From contig JAWQFM010000023.1 in the NCBI GenBank assembly GCA_033442325.1, forward strand, positions 359,558 to 423,557: 64,000 bases of DNA, read 5' to 3'. Source of the stretch: Salpingoeca rosetta (Eukaryota > Protista > Choanoflagellata). A program made the translations under genes and the position numbers. This document shows positions 28,877 to 45,302 of this stretch, one piece after another (positions within the stretch are counted from its first letter, which is position 1; each line of letters begins with the position of its first letter). Under the pieces are notes generated by a model. That model was not told where the DNA came from. It did no database searches and saw only the letters and a list, made by a program, of their open reading frames with translations.

Positions 28877-30226
28877 TTAGCAGCCAGGGGTAGGATCAAC
28901 GATGAGGACGGAGCTGGCACTGTGTGGAATGCCGTAGATGAGGCCATTGTTGGCAAGCACGCCGCCAAACCAGTAATTGGAGGAGGATGACGGTGCAGCG
29001 AGGCTTGTGGTATCCGCACTGTCTGTGGCAGGATCGACAACGAGAACGGACACGGTACGAAACGGGATTCCCACAATCTTGCCATTACTCGCCAGCGCGC
29101 CGCTGCGCCACTTGTGCTCGTCGGAGGGCAGGCCCGCGATCGATGTCGTGTCGGCCGTGTTGGTGGCTGGGTCGATGATGAGGACGCTTGTGGCACTGTA
29201 TGGGAACGCGTAGATCTTGCCGTTGGGTGCAAGAACGCCGTTTACCCACTTGGCACCACCGTTGCCGAACCCCGCAATCGATGTCGTGTCTGCTGTGTTG
29301 GTGGCCGGATCGATGATGAGCACACTCTCGGCATTGCGTGGAGCGGCGTAGATGAGGCCGTTGTCGGCAAGCACGCCGCCCTGCCATTTGCAGCAGTCCG
29401 ATGACAGCTCAACGATGCTGGTCACATCGATGGCGTTTGTTGTTGGATCGATGATCAGCACAGCAGCGGAGTTCCAAGGGATGCCGTAGATGAGTCCGTT
29501 CGCAGCCACCACACCCCCAAACCACTTGCCGCCACCTTCTGACAGGTCCGCTATGGTCGTTGTGTCTGCAGTGTTGGACGTGGGATCAATGATGAGGACG
29601 AACGTGCCATCCAAGGGAATTGCGTAGATGAGGCCGTTGTTGGCAAGAACGCCGCCACTCCATGCGCCATCGCCGCTCGGCAGACCCGTGATCGTGGTCG
29701 TGTCAGCCGTGTTTGCGACAGGATCGATAATGAGGACCGACGTCGCCTTGTATGGCAGGCCGTAAATGAGACCGTTGTTTGCCAGCACGCCGCCAAGCCA
29801 CTTGTCCACGTCAGTACTGAGTCCAGAGATTGTGGTGGTATCCACGGTTGGTGGTATGAGGCGGCACAACGTGGCTTGCAGTGAGCTCAAAACGCCAGCT
29901 TGCTCTTCCGCCGTGCTCGTCAGCTCAGAGATGGCCTGTTGTTGCTTTGCAAGTGATCCCGCGTATTGGCGGATGGTAAGTGCTTGCAGCTGCGCCGTGC
30001 GTTGGTGCAGTTGCAGCTCCTCGAGCACATCCACGCCGTTTACCAGCACGGGCTGCGTGAGCGGATCGCTGGTGTTGATGTGCAGCGCGCCGTCACTGTC
30101 GCGCACAATCTGGGCGGGGGTCGTCGTGGCCGCTTTCACGGCAGTTCTTGTACTTGTAGTAGCTGCTGTTACCACCATCACCACCACCAAACACACGCGC
30201 AACACCATACAGTGTACACTGGCCAT
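28877..30226 (-). CDS. Intronless secreted 7-repeat beta-propeller protein, paralog B
   Basis: ATG at 30226 (MASVHCMVLRVCLVVVMVV). Same GALHINT/VNGVDV N-terminal motif, coiled coil, seven repeats and terminal PGC* as paralog A. Confidence 0.85.
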   Translation of the reverse strand: MASVHCMVLRVCLVVVMVVTAATTSTRTAVKAATTTPAQIVRDSDGALHINTSDPLTQPVLVNGVDVLEELQLHQRTAQLQALTIRQYAGSLAKQQQAISELTSTAEEQAGVLSSLQATLCRLIPPTVDTTTISGLSTDVDKWLGGVLANNGLIYGLPYKATSVLIIDPVANTADTTTITGLPSGDGAWSGGVLANNGLIYAIPLDGTFVLIIDPTSNTADTTTIADLSEGGGKWFGGVVAANGLIYGIPWNSAAVLIIDPTTNAIDVTSIVELSSDCCKWQGGVLADNGLIYAAPRNAESVLIIDPATNTADTTSIAGFGNGGAKWVNGVLAPNGKIYAFPYSATSVLIIDPATNTADTTSIAGLPSDEHKWRSGALASNGKIVGIPFRTVSVLVVDPATDSADTTSLAAPSSSSNYWFGGVLANNGLIYGIPHSASSVLIVDPTPGC

Positions 30227-30511
30227 GGCAGCAAGGGTGGTCTGGTGGTGCAATAAGAACGAGAGAAGGAGAGAAGGCAGTGGTGGAAGGGAGGGGGAGG
30301 AGACGAGAGGATAGAGGGAGAAGAGGAGAAGAAGAGGGAGAGAGGCAGTGGTGGAAGGGTGGAATGGAACTGGAAAGCGAGGAGCAAACCCAAAATCCAA
30401 ACACCAAAACGCTTGCTGTATTCGGTTGTGGAGAATTTGTTAATAATTTCAATAAATTATCTGCATTCGACTGAATTAAGGTTTGTCACCTGTCCTTCTT
30501 GTTCAACAAAG

Positions 30512-35315
<4,804 letters not shown>

Positions 35316-35760
35316 CCAAGGAAGCCCACTTCTGGTGTCACCAGCGCAGTATTGCTCCATTACCAATGCTTCTCATTTCGCAGCACGCATTTGTGCTATG
35401 TTGTGTGTTACACCACGTTCTTCCTTCCGGATCAAGCGAGCAAACAAGTGCTTGTTCTGTTGCCCCCTCGTCCCTTAACTTGAATATCACTTGCCTTGAT
35501 CGCTCCTTTGCCTGCTTGTACCACTGTTGTTGTTTTCGCTTTTGTATTGGTTTGAGGTGTGGTGGATTGCACTTGAATGAACCCACAACTTATCAATACA
35601 ATGGAAATCAAAACCAGTGCAATGTCCCCGTTGTGTTGAGCATAAGGCTCTGCTGATACGTCGCACAAATGCACCCAACGCACGCACGGTCACAGTCACG
35701 CTCACAGCCACAACCCAAACCACGCGCAGGTTTCGCCTCTCCGTTCAGCTTGTAGTTTAT

Positions 35761-36033
35761 TCATTCCAAAGTGGAGAGGAGGAAGTGAGACCAAACATCA
35801 AGCACGTCAAGGTCGAGAACGAGGACAAGTCGTGTTGTTGTGGATATGGCATGGCTCAGCTCAGGATCACAGAACCCAAGCAGCTCCTTCACCTGTGGCA
35901 GCGAGGGGTAAGATATGGAGATATGTGGTGAGGGGAAGAGTGTGAGCGAAAGCGCAGTGCGGCGAGAACGCACCACCGATTCGCACAAGCGTTCACACAC
36001 ACACACACACACACGCACACACACACACACGCG

Positions 36034-36068
<35 letters not shown>

Positions 36069-37653
36069 GCACACACACACGCACACACACACACACATGC
36101 ACACACGCACACACGCAACACACACACACACACACACTACACAACACACACACACACACGCAAACTTACAATGAGGGATGTGGCCAGTGAGTGATTGAAG
36201 AGAAGACGAGGAAGTGCATCGAGCACGTGTTGAAGGTGGTGGCGTTGGCGGGCGCTGTGGAGCGGCAGGAACCATGCTTGGTTCACACAGGCCCGAAGGA
36301 CAAGCCACGTTGTCTTGGGGTGCAACACGCCCCCACCCATGTCCAGCATGTGTTGCAACAATGGCGGTGGTGGTGGTGGCCGTGGTGACACTGACCCACT
36401 GCAATCACCACCGCCATCACCATCAACACCAGAATTGCCATCGTCACCATCATCTTCATTACAAGTGCTGCGCTGCTGTTGCAATGTTAGCCCCTGTCCC
36501 TGCACATCATCATGCGTGTCAGCGTCCTCGTTGCCAGACGTGCATGGCACGGACATGAGCACCTCCATTGCCTGCAACATCTGGTCCAAATCCTCAAACT
36601 CGTCGTCGTCGTCGTCATCATCGTCATCGTCAGATGAAGAACAAGAGCCACAATTAGCACCACCAATTGTGGTGGTGTGCTTGGCTGCGTTGTCCACATC
36701 ACCATCGCCACTGCTTTCGTCAACATCATCGCCGTCGTCGTCGATGTTGTTAGCCCTGACAACTGCGTCAAGTAGGGACAGGAACTGAGCTGGCTCCGCA
36801 GTCATCAGCAAAGTGGCGCACGCGCGGCACGAAAGGTTGCAATGGCTGTGGTTGTGGCGGTCATTTCCATGGCGCTCGCTGTTGATATCGGCTGCCACAG
36901 CTCTGCAACACGCGTGCTGCGAGTGCCATCGGCCTCTCGAGGGTGGCTGTTGAGCGTAGAACGCTTGAAGGGCATCCTGCCACGTCCTTGTGTTGTCTTG
37001 CATCGCAACTGCCATGCACTTCTGCATGTGTGCATTCATGTGTGTGCATGTGTGCGTTCATGTGTCTGTGAGTGCATGCATGCGCGGGACGAATTGCCCT
37101 TCCGTCTTGTTCCTCCACACTACCCCTCTATCCATCGTCAAGCACATGGAAACCAACCAGGATGGAGATGCGCTGCTTGCGCGCTTGCGATGGCGTTTCC
37201 ACCAACGATGCCAGCATGGCTGGGTGGCCTGGCCTTCCTCGTCGCCTCGCAGCCTGCCTCCGCCTGCAGCATGCGTGTGGATGTGGATGTGGAAGTGTGT
37301 GTGTGTGTGTGTGTTTGCGGGAAAGAAGTTGGCGATCAGAACAGCACAAACGCAGTCATTGGCGCTCTCTCGTGCACAAACTCACCCCCCCAACACACAC
37401 ACTCTCTCTCTTCTACACTCCCACAATCACAGGCTCACACTCACCCTTCTTGGGCGATGAAGATGTGATGCGGGGCTTGGAAACGCAAGTGATGATGATG
37501 ATGATGATGTTGGCGTTGGGGCATGTTTGGTTGTTGTTGCGCATCCTTCTCCTTCTCCCCATCGTTCTTGTGCCCTGCCTGCGCCGTCTCCTTGCACCGC
37601 TCAGCTACCTGAACGGCAGCAGCTACATTGCCGCCATCAACGCACGCCTGCAT
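35761..37653 (-). CDS. Hypothetical 4-exon protein with His and Asp tracts; C-terminus weakly reminiscent of a TBC/Rab-GAP helical segment
   Basis: Phase-consistent GT-AG chain MQACVDGG..AQEG|RRQAARR..ISIL|KCMAVAMQ..LATSLI|VKELLGFCDPELSHAI..VWSHFLLSTLE*. Confidence 0.5.
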
Positions 37654-37974
37654 GGTTCGCCTTTGGATGAGGAGAGAGAGAGAGAGAGAGAGACGTGCAG
37701 TGCAGAGTGTTTGCTTCTTTGGTTGCTTGTGTGGAAAATGGCATGTCAACAACGCAGACAGGAAGGACCACCAACCAACAGGTGGTTTGGCAAAATTGCA
37801 CAAATCACCCATCCGCGTTGTAGAATTTTCCCTAATGCTTTGAGCTGAATTTCCGCAAACAGCAACCCACGCCGTGTGAAGGAGATCGCCCGTTCGTTTT
37901 TCCCACCCTTCCCACCCCCATCATCACATCACGGAGACGCTGACTGAGGCACCACACGAGGGCAAGGGCGGGCG

Positions 37975-38975
37975 ATGCTTGAGTGGGTACGGGACTGGCT
38001 TGCCCCGTACGTGCAGCTGTCAAAGAGCCGTGATGAGCGACAGGGCATAAACAACCTCCGCATTGGACTGAGCACCATCATCGTCGCCCACCACGCTGGC
38101 ATGCCATATGGAAACGCAGGTGTGATGTGATGTGCTGTGCTGTGATGTGATGATGTGTGTGTGTGTGTGTGGTGTGTGATGTGTGATGTGTGCTTTGTAA
38201 GATACAATCGTGGGGTTGTAGATGTGTTTACTGATGTGAAGCAGCCGACATCAGTGGGCGATGCCTCTCACTGCCACTGCACACACACACACATGCACTT
38301 TCTCTCACATGCACACACACACGCTCACTCACTCACTCACACACTTTCTCACGCACTCACACATGCACACACACACACACTTTCTCACGCACTCACACTC
38401 GCTCACTCATTCACTCACGCCGCGCGCGCTGTGTATGTAGGACCGTGGATTCTTGTGAGCGAACATCAGACAGACTGGCTTGGCGGGTTCTTTGCGTTGA
38501 GCGAGGCGTTTGCGGTTCCCATCTTCTTCACGCTCTCCGGGTACTTTACTGAACTGTCGCTGCAGCGCAGTGATGTGTGGGCGTTCTGGAAACACCGCAT
38601 CCGGCGGCTGTTCGTGCCGCTGATGACCATGCTGCACATTGTCAACCCGACGTGCTTCTACTACGCCTACCGCGTGCACTCGCATGCGCCAGATGCAGCC
38701 ACGGTTGGGTGGTGGGAGTTCTACACCAGCCACTGGCTGGGCCTGCGGCATCCGCAGCACTTTCAGTGGCTGCACACCGGCCTCAGCGTGCCACTGTGCT
38801 CCAAGATCCACATGTGGTTTGTTGAGACGCTGCTGGGCCTCACGGCGGCGTGGACGCTTGCACGACCGCTTGTTGCGCGGGTTGAGCAGCATGCCCGCGC
38901 ACGCGGCTGGGCGTGCTCCCCAGACACTATGCGCAGCAGCGCGAGTACACGTGATATTGTGGGTGGCGATAGCCG

Positions 38976-39049
<74 letters not shown>

Positions 39050-39177
39050 CTGACAGCAGTTCCAACAGCAGCAGGGATGCTAACAGCTCAGCCATGGTTG
39101 TGCTGGATGGTGCGGGGCACAGATTGCGCGATACGAACGGCACACAGGCGCAGCACCAGCGGAGGAGACCTGTCCAT

Positions 39178-39236
<59 letters not shown>

Positions 39237-39876
39237 CAGCACGGGTCGCGTGTGGCGCGTGGCTGTGGTTGCTGGTCTCATCACGGGCGCCGTCACGTGG
39301 GCCGTCAGGATCCGCCATCCCCTCGACGAGCGACTGGACTTTGCGCTTACATATGTCAAGCCCGCACGCTACCCGCAGTACGTGCTCAACTTTCTGCTTG
39401 GTGTTGCATTTGCGCGACTAGGGTGCACGCTCAAGTCCACGCACAGGGCAGAACGCACGTCGCTTGCGGTGGCTGGCGGCTGGACGGCGCTGTTTCTGGT
39501 GGGCCGCGCGCATATTGAAGGGAACCACAGCCTCATCTCGGCGTTTAAAGGCGGGTGCACGTGGCACTCGCTGGCGCTGTGCGTGCTAGAGTCTGTTGTG
39601 TGCGTGCACGCCACGTTTGGCCTGCTGTCTGCAAGCATGCGGCACGCCAGCTACGAGAACAAGAGCACGCGCAAGATGAGCGGCGCCACCTTTGGCGTGT
39701 ACATGCTGCACATCCCCGTGGTCATGTTCTGGCAGACGGCATTGCAAGGGTGGCAGGTGCACGGCTCGCTCAAGTGGTTTGCAGTGACGCTGCTCTCTCT
39801 TCCGAGCGCCTTTGGCCTCAGCCTGGCCACCCGCTCCGTTCCCCTCGTCTCCTCTTTCCTCGGCATGCACAAGTGA
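37975..39876 (+). CDS. Acyltransferase family 3 (OpgC/MdoC-like) polytopic membrane protein; 2 exons (37975-38119, 38441-39876)
   Basis: GINNLRIGLSTIIVAHHAGMPYG..G|PW, PIFFTLSGYF, WKHRIRRLFVP, HMWFVETLL, FGVYMLHIPV are acyl_transf_3 motifs. PolyN and polyQ inserts lie in a loop. Confidence 0.85.
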
Positions 39877-39981
39877 TTGTGTGTGTGTGTGATTGTATGA
39901 TATTGGATGTGATTGTGTGTGTGTGTGTGTGTCTGTGTCTGTATTTGTGTGTGTCTGTGTGTGTGTGTGTGTGTGTCTGTG

Positions 39982-40012
<31 letters not shown>

Positions 40013-40303
40013 GTCTGTGTGTCTGTGTGTGTCTGTGTTCGTTCGTCCGCTTCTGTTTCCGCTTGTGCGCGTGTTTTTGTGTTCACTGTTGCTTCTTGTT
40101 TGTGCCCATGTCACTTCGCCCCTTTCTTGCCTGATCTGCAATGCTGATAACCCCCCCCCCAATTCCATGTGTATGCGCACCCGAGACCCCCGAGACACTG
40201 CCCTGTTCTTTCGCTTTCGCTTTCCCTACGTTAGGCCGTTCTGCTGACCCCCTCTCCTGATGACCACAATGAAGCCGTGCGCTTTCACGTCGTGCTGTGC
40301 GTG

Positions 40304-40340
<37 letters not shown>

Positions 40341-41481
40341 GCGTGTGCCTGCTTGCCTGCTTGCCTGTGCGTGAATGTGTGTCTGGGTGTATGTGTGCGT
40401 CTCTGTCTGTGTGCGTGCGTTGTCTCTCTCCCTCTCTCCCTCTCTCCCGCTCTCCCTCTCTCCCTCTCCCCTTTTGATCTGTGTGTGAATTACTCGCCCA
40501 ATCTTAGGTCCTTCCCGCTTCACCCGTTGCTGTTCTTGTCCATCACCTGCTTTGGTCCTTGTGTTAGTGCTCGCTGTCCCTTTTGGCGATGCGCCTCTAA
40601 CCACACGCCACCCTTCCCTTCTTTGCGTGCCGCTTTTCCCGTTTCCTGTGTTACGCACAATAGCAACAATCTGCAACAAACAACACATGGTGGGTGTGCG
40701 AAGCAACATGTGGGGAGGGGTTCTGTTTGATTGTGCGCTTGATGTGACAGAGTCATGGATGTGTCTGTCGCATATGGGGGTCACATGTTGCATGTGCCAC
40801 ACACGACACCTTCATTCACAAGAAGCACAAAAACAAATCGCACCAAAAAGGCAACTTTGCCTTTGTGTCAACAACAAAAGAAAAAAGGCAAAATTGACTT
40901 TGAGTGGGTGCACGACAACGGGCGGTGATGCAGGACAACGAGCGGTGGCAGTGCGGGGAGGCAGCCGTGGTCCGTTGCTGGGAGGTGGGCCATCACCGGG
41001 GAGAAGCCACACCGACCCTGGCCCGTTGCTCGGGTCGAGACGGGAACGACGGCGTTGCTCATTCAACTCCCGACACCCGCACCGCAACAAGCGCCGAGCT
41101 GCGCCAACCAGGTCCCGCACAGTGCAGCCAACCACACTGGCAGACGAAGTCTGCGGTCACTCCAGCAACAGCAACACCCCTGCCACCAGCGCCATGCGCG
41201 GCGACGCGAAGGAACAAAGGCAACAAAAGCAACAAGGGAATTGCTCAAGTGCCGCCCAGTGCAATCGTGCACACGCACACACGCACACGCACGCGTGAGC
41301 GAGGTCTCCCTGCGCCCACAAAAGGCCATTCATCCATACCCCCGCGCGCACGCACACGCACACGCATACACAGAGAGACACTCGAGTGGCATCTGTGAGC
41401 CTGCAGCAGACACTTCCGCTTTGCCAGACCTCGCTTTGCAGCACTGCAGCATATCACGACAACACACACACACAGCCAATC

Positions 41482-41643
41482 ATGATGAAGACGGTTTTTG
41501 CACTCGCCTTCCTGGCGTCCATCGCCCTCTGCCGTGAGTGCCGTGTGGTGACGGTACCTGTGCTATCGTTGCAGGGTTCTGCCTTATTGTACTGTGTGTG
41601 TGTGTGTGTGTCTGTGTGTCTGTGTCTGTGTGTGTGTCTGTCT

Positions 41644-41697
<54 letters not shown>

Positions 41698-42383
41698 GAC
41701 TTTGGACCTTCTGCTGTGGGACGATTGCATGTGTGCTGTGTGGTGGTTGGTGTTCCTTATGAGAAAGTTGCTTCCATCTCACGCGCTTTGTGCTTTGCAC
41801 CCAACCAGGCGGTGCGGTGGTTGTGTCGGAGATTGAGAGCTTTGATGTTATTGGCGACTACATTGACCAGAAGACACACGCAAGGGACCCCTGCGTCAGA
41901 ATCACAAACGCCCACGAGGTACGGTTGGACGTTTGCGTGTTTGCGTGCGTGCGTGCGTGCGTGCGTGTACGTTTGTGAGGATGCGAGTGGAGAGAAGGGG
42001 AGACACAGTGCGGATGTCTCTCCTTCCATATGTATGTGTGCGTGTGTGGGTGAGTGTTGACCTGTCTCACGGCCCACGGCTCACGGCTCACGGCTCACGG
42101 CTCACGTCAATGCACGCCCATGTACCATCCATGCACAACCCATTTGACGACGCATGCAGGGCTTCCGCTTCAACATTGCCACGGAAGAGACGCTTGTTCC
42201 CATTTGCCTGAGCCTGTGCCCCGACAGCCGCCTCGGCTACGAGATCACGGAGGGCTGCGACGAGGAGTGCGATTTCTGCCTGGAGGCCCTGGAGTGCGTG
42301 GACGATAACCCGCCAGAGCACCCCGGCAGCTGCCGCGCCATTGTCGACCTCGACTGCGGTCAGTGGTGCATTTTGTGTTGTGT

Positions 42384-42416
<33 letters not shown>

Positions 42417-43334
42417 TGTGTGTGTAATGTGTGATGTGTGAATGTGTGAATGTGTGAATGTGTGTATGTGTGTGTGCCTGTCTGTCTGTCTGCCACAACC
42501 CATGACATCTCGTTTCTCGCCCCCACCCCCCTCCACGCACACTCATAACCCGCCCCCCCCCCACACGCATACCTTTCCCTCGTCCATCTCCGCCAACAAC
42601 ACAGACGAGGGTCCGTTCACGTGCCTGCCGAGCAACACCGGCGTGCGCTTCACCCCGGCCGACGTGCCCGAGGGCGTTTCCCAGGCAGATCTCCCGCGCA
42701 AGGAGCTTGCCTCTGAGGACGGCTTCATTGCCTTTGTCACGCGCGAGTGGTGCACGGGCAACAACGAGACATTCGACCTCCTCCCCTGCAGCCCCGGCCG
42801 TGAGAACTGCCACGCCATGGAGCCCTGCGAGTCTGAGAGCTACGACTGCTGCTACCTCGCATCAAGCCTGGCCCTGTAAGTGTGTCTGCATGTGTGCGCT
42901 TCTGTGTGTGTGTCTGTATCTGTGTGTCTGTATTTGTATCTGTATCTGTGTGTGTGTCTGTATTTGTATCTGTATCTGTGTGTGTCTGCCTGCCTGTGTC
43001 TGTGTGTCTGTGTGCCTGCCTGTGTCTGTGTGTCTGTGTTTCTCTGTGTGTCGTGTGCACGTCATGAATCCACCCTACTCTCTTGTTCCCTGCCTTGCAC
43101 TCTGAAAACACACACCACAACACAAAACACGTGCTGCTTCGTCCGCGTGCTTTCCCCCAACCAACCGACTGCGCCACAACTCACTCTCTGTCTCCACCGC
43201 CACACACCGCAACATCAAACAGGACGACAACCACCACCACCACCACCACAACCACCACAACTACAACCACCACTACCTCCACAACCACCACCACCGAGGC
43301 TGTGACAAGCTCCTTCTTCTTCACAGGCTTTTGA
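41482..43334 (+). CDS. Hypothetical secreted cysteine-rich protein with poly-Thr tail, 5 exons
   Basis: Signal peptide [17 protein letters not shown]; phase-consistent exons with [36 protein letters not shown]; ends T[15 protein letters not shown]. Confidence 0.75.
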
Positions 43335-44559
43335 ATAAGCATACACACACCTACCACCCTTAACACTGCCCCTTTCTGTTTTGCTGTCCGTCCGTGTGTC
43401 GTATCCTCTACTGTTGCTGTGTTGCGGTAGTTGTAATTGTGTCGACTGGGCGTATCATGATGTTATGTACAAGCTGCCTTGGGTGCGCCCAGGGCAACAC
43501 TCATTCTCGTCTTTTCGTGTTGGCTGGGTGCTGTGGCCCTTGGTCAGTCGCTTCTCCTGCCCTTTCTGTCCTGTGGTTCCCCTTTTGCGTGTGCGCCTCT
43601 TTCTCTCTTCCCGTCCCTGTGTATATGTGCCTGTTGCAGTTCGCACCCACCACCGTATTTGCCCAGTGCATTGGTGTTCTCCCAGCTTGATGAGGCTCCA
43701 CCTCACGGCTTTTGGTTCGTGGTTTTTTGGTGTGTATGGAAACCAATGAAGACAACATATGAAACATCCATGTTGAGAGAACAAGTTGCTGTGTGGAATG
43801 AAACAATATCGCCACACAGAGTGTCAAAATCATGCGTGCACACCATTGTGTTCCTGTGTCACACACATAACGTGCTCGTGTTGGTGCTCAGTGCTGTTTG
43901 TTGGTTTTTTTTTTTAATTTGTGGTTCAACACGCGAATAAGCCTCGTTGGGTTATCACACGGCTAACCCAGGTTGCAAGGACAAGGCAAGACACACAGGA
44001 CACTGGCCGCAAGTGAACAGACACAACATACGCTGCACATCCACACACACGAACACACGCACAACCCCCGCCCTCAACCGACCAAGTTGACCAGCAACAA
44101 GGCCTGACGACAACAGAGACTGCAGTGAACACGTGAAGGGAGGCCACGCTAAGAAGGAACGTCAACAAGCAACGCAGCAACCAACATGCCGCCTCGTCCA
44201 AAAAAAAGCGCAACGAGGGAATAAATATGCCGGTGACGAGTGCATTACTGTGCTACGACCATAAGCTGCCACGCCCGGTTCCGCTCAGCTCACCGTGGGG
44301 CCAGGCCCACGGCGGCGTCAACGCTAGCACAGGCATGACAGCTGGCGCCCGTTAGGGCCGACACTTTCTGCCCCTGTCGGCAAACAAAGAAAGTAAAAGA
44401 AAGGGGAAAAGAGGGGACAAGCGGTAGGGTAATGTGTTGTGTTGTGTAAGAGAGTGGGTGAGTGGGTGAGTGGGTGAGGAGATGAAGAATTGCATGGTGT
44501 AAACTTTGAGGCGCACACGCATGAGAACAGATGCAGTTCACACAAACAAGCCACACACG

Positions 44560-44605
<46 letters not shown>

Positions 44606-45074
44606 CACACTGTGCGTACCGTGTCCGAGGACTTTCCCCGAAGCCGGCAAGCAGCACTGCTGCTGCCGTTATGAGAGCAACAATCGTCTCTCCGTTTGTA
44701 GCTTCGATGGCACTCCTGCATGGGAAAAAAGGGGAGGATGGAGGGGAGGGAAGCAAAAGAAGTGGAAGTGGGAGGATGGTGGTGAGATAGACGGTCAAAA
44801 CACAAAAACAGCAACAACAAACTCGAACAAGCAGAACAAGGCACACACCAATCCCCCTCATATCCATCATCCCATCTTGGCCCACGTGTTGTTGGCTCTC
44901 GTACCTCGCGTGTTGAACTGATCATATCTCGCTGTCAGCACACGCACATATTTTTTCGTGGAACACGCCACACTATTTTTTGCTTTGCCGAAAACTCGTG
45001 TCTATCTTCGTCAAAACCACACTACGACTTAATTCAGTTTACGACAAACGACAGACAGAAAGAAACTTGTGAGG

Positions 45075-45271
45075 ATGATGATGATGCAGCGTTTTGTGGG
45101 TGGCTTTGTGGTGGCTGTGGCTGTGGCTGTGCTTGTTGTCGCTGGCAGCGGCAGCGTCGCAGTTGCGGTTGAAGGCGAAAATGCCAGCGCGATCCGACCC
45201 ACCGTGTTGTGGCACGGCATGGTGCGTACGTGAGTGGGTGGGTGGGGGAGGGGGGGCTAGGTGTGTGGGTG

Positions 45272-45302
<31 letters not shown>

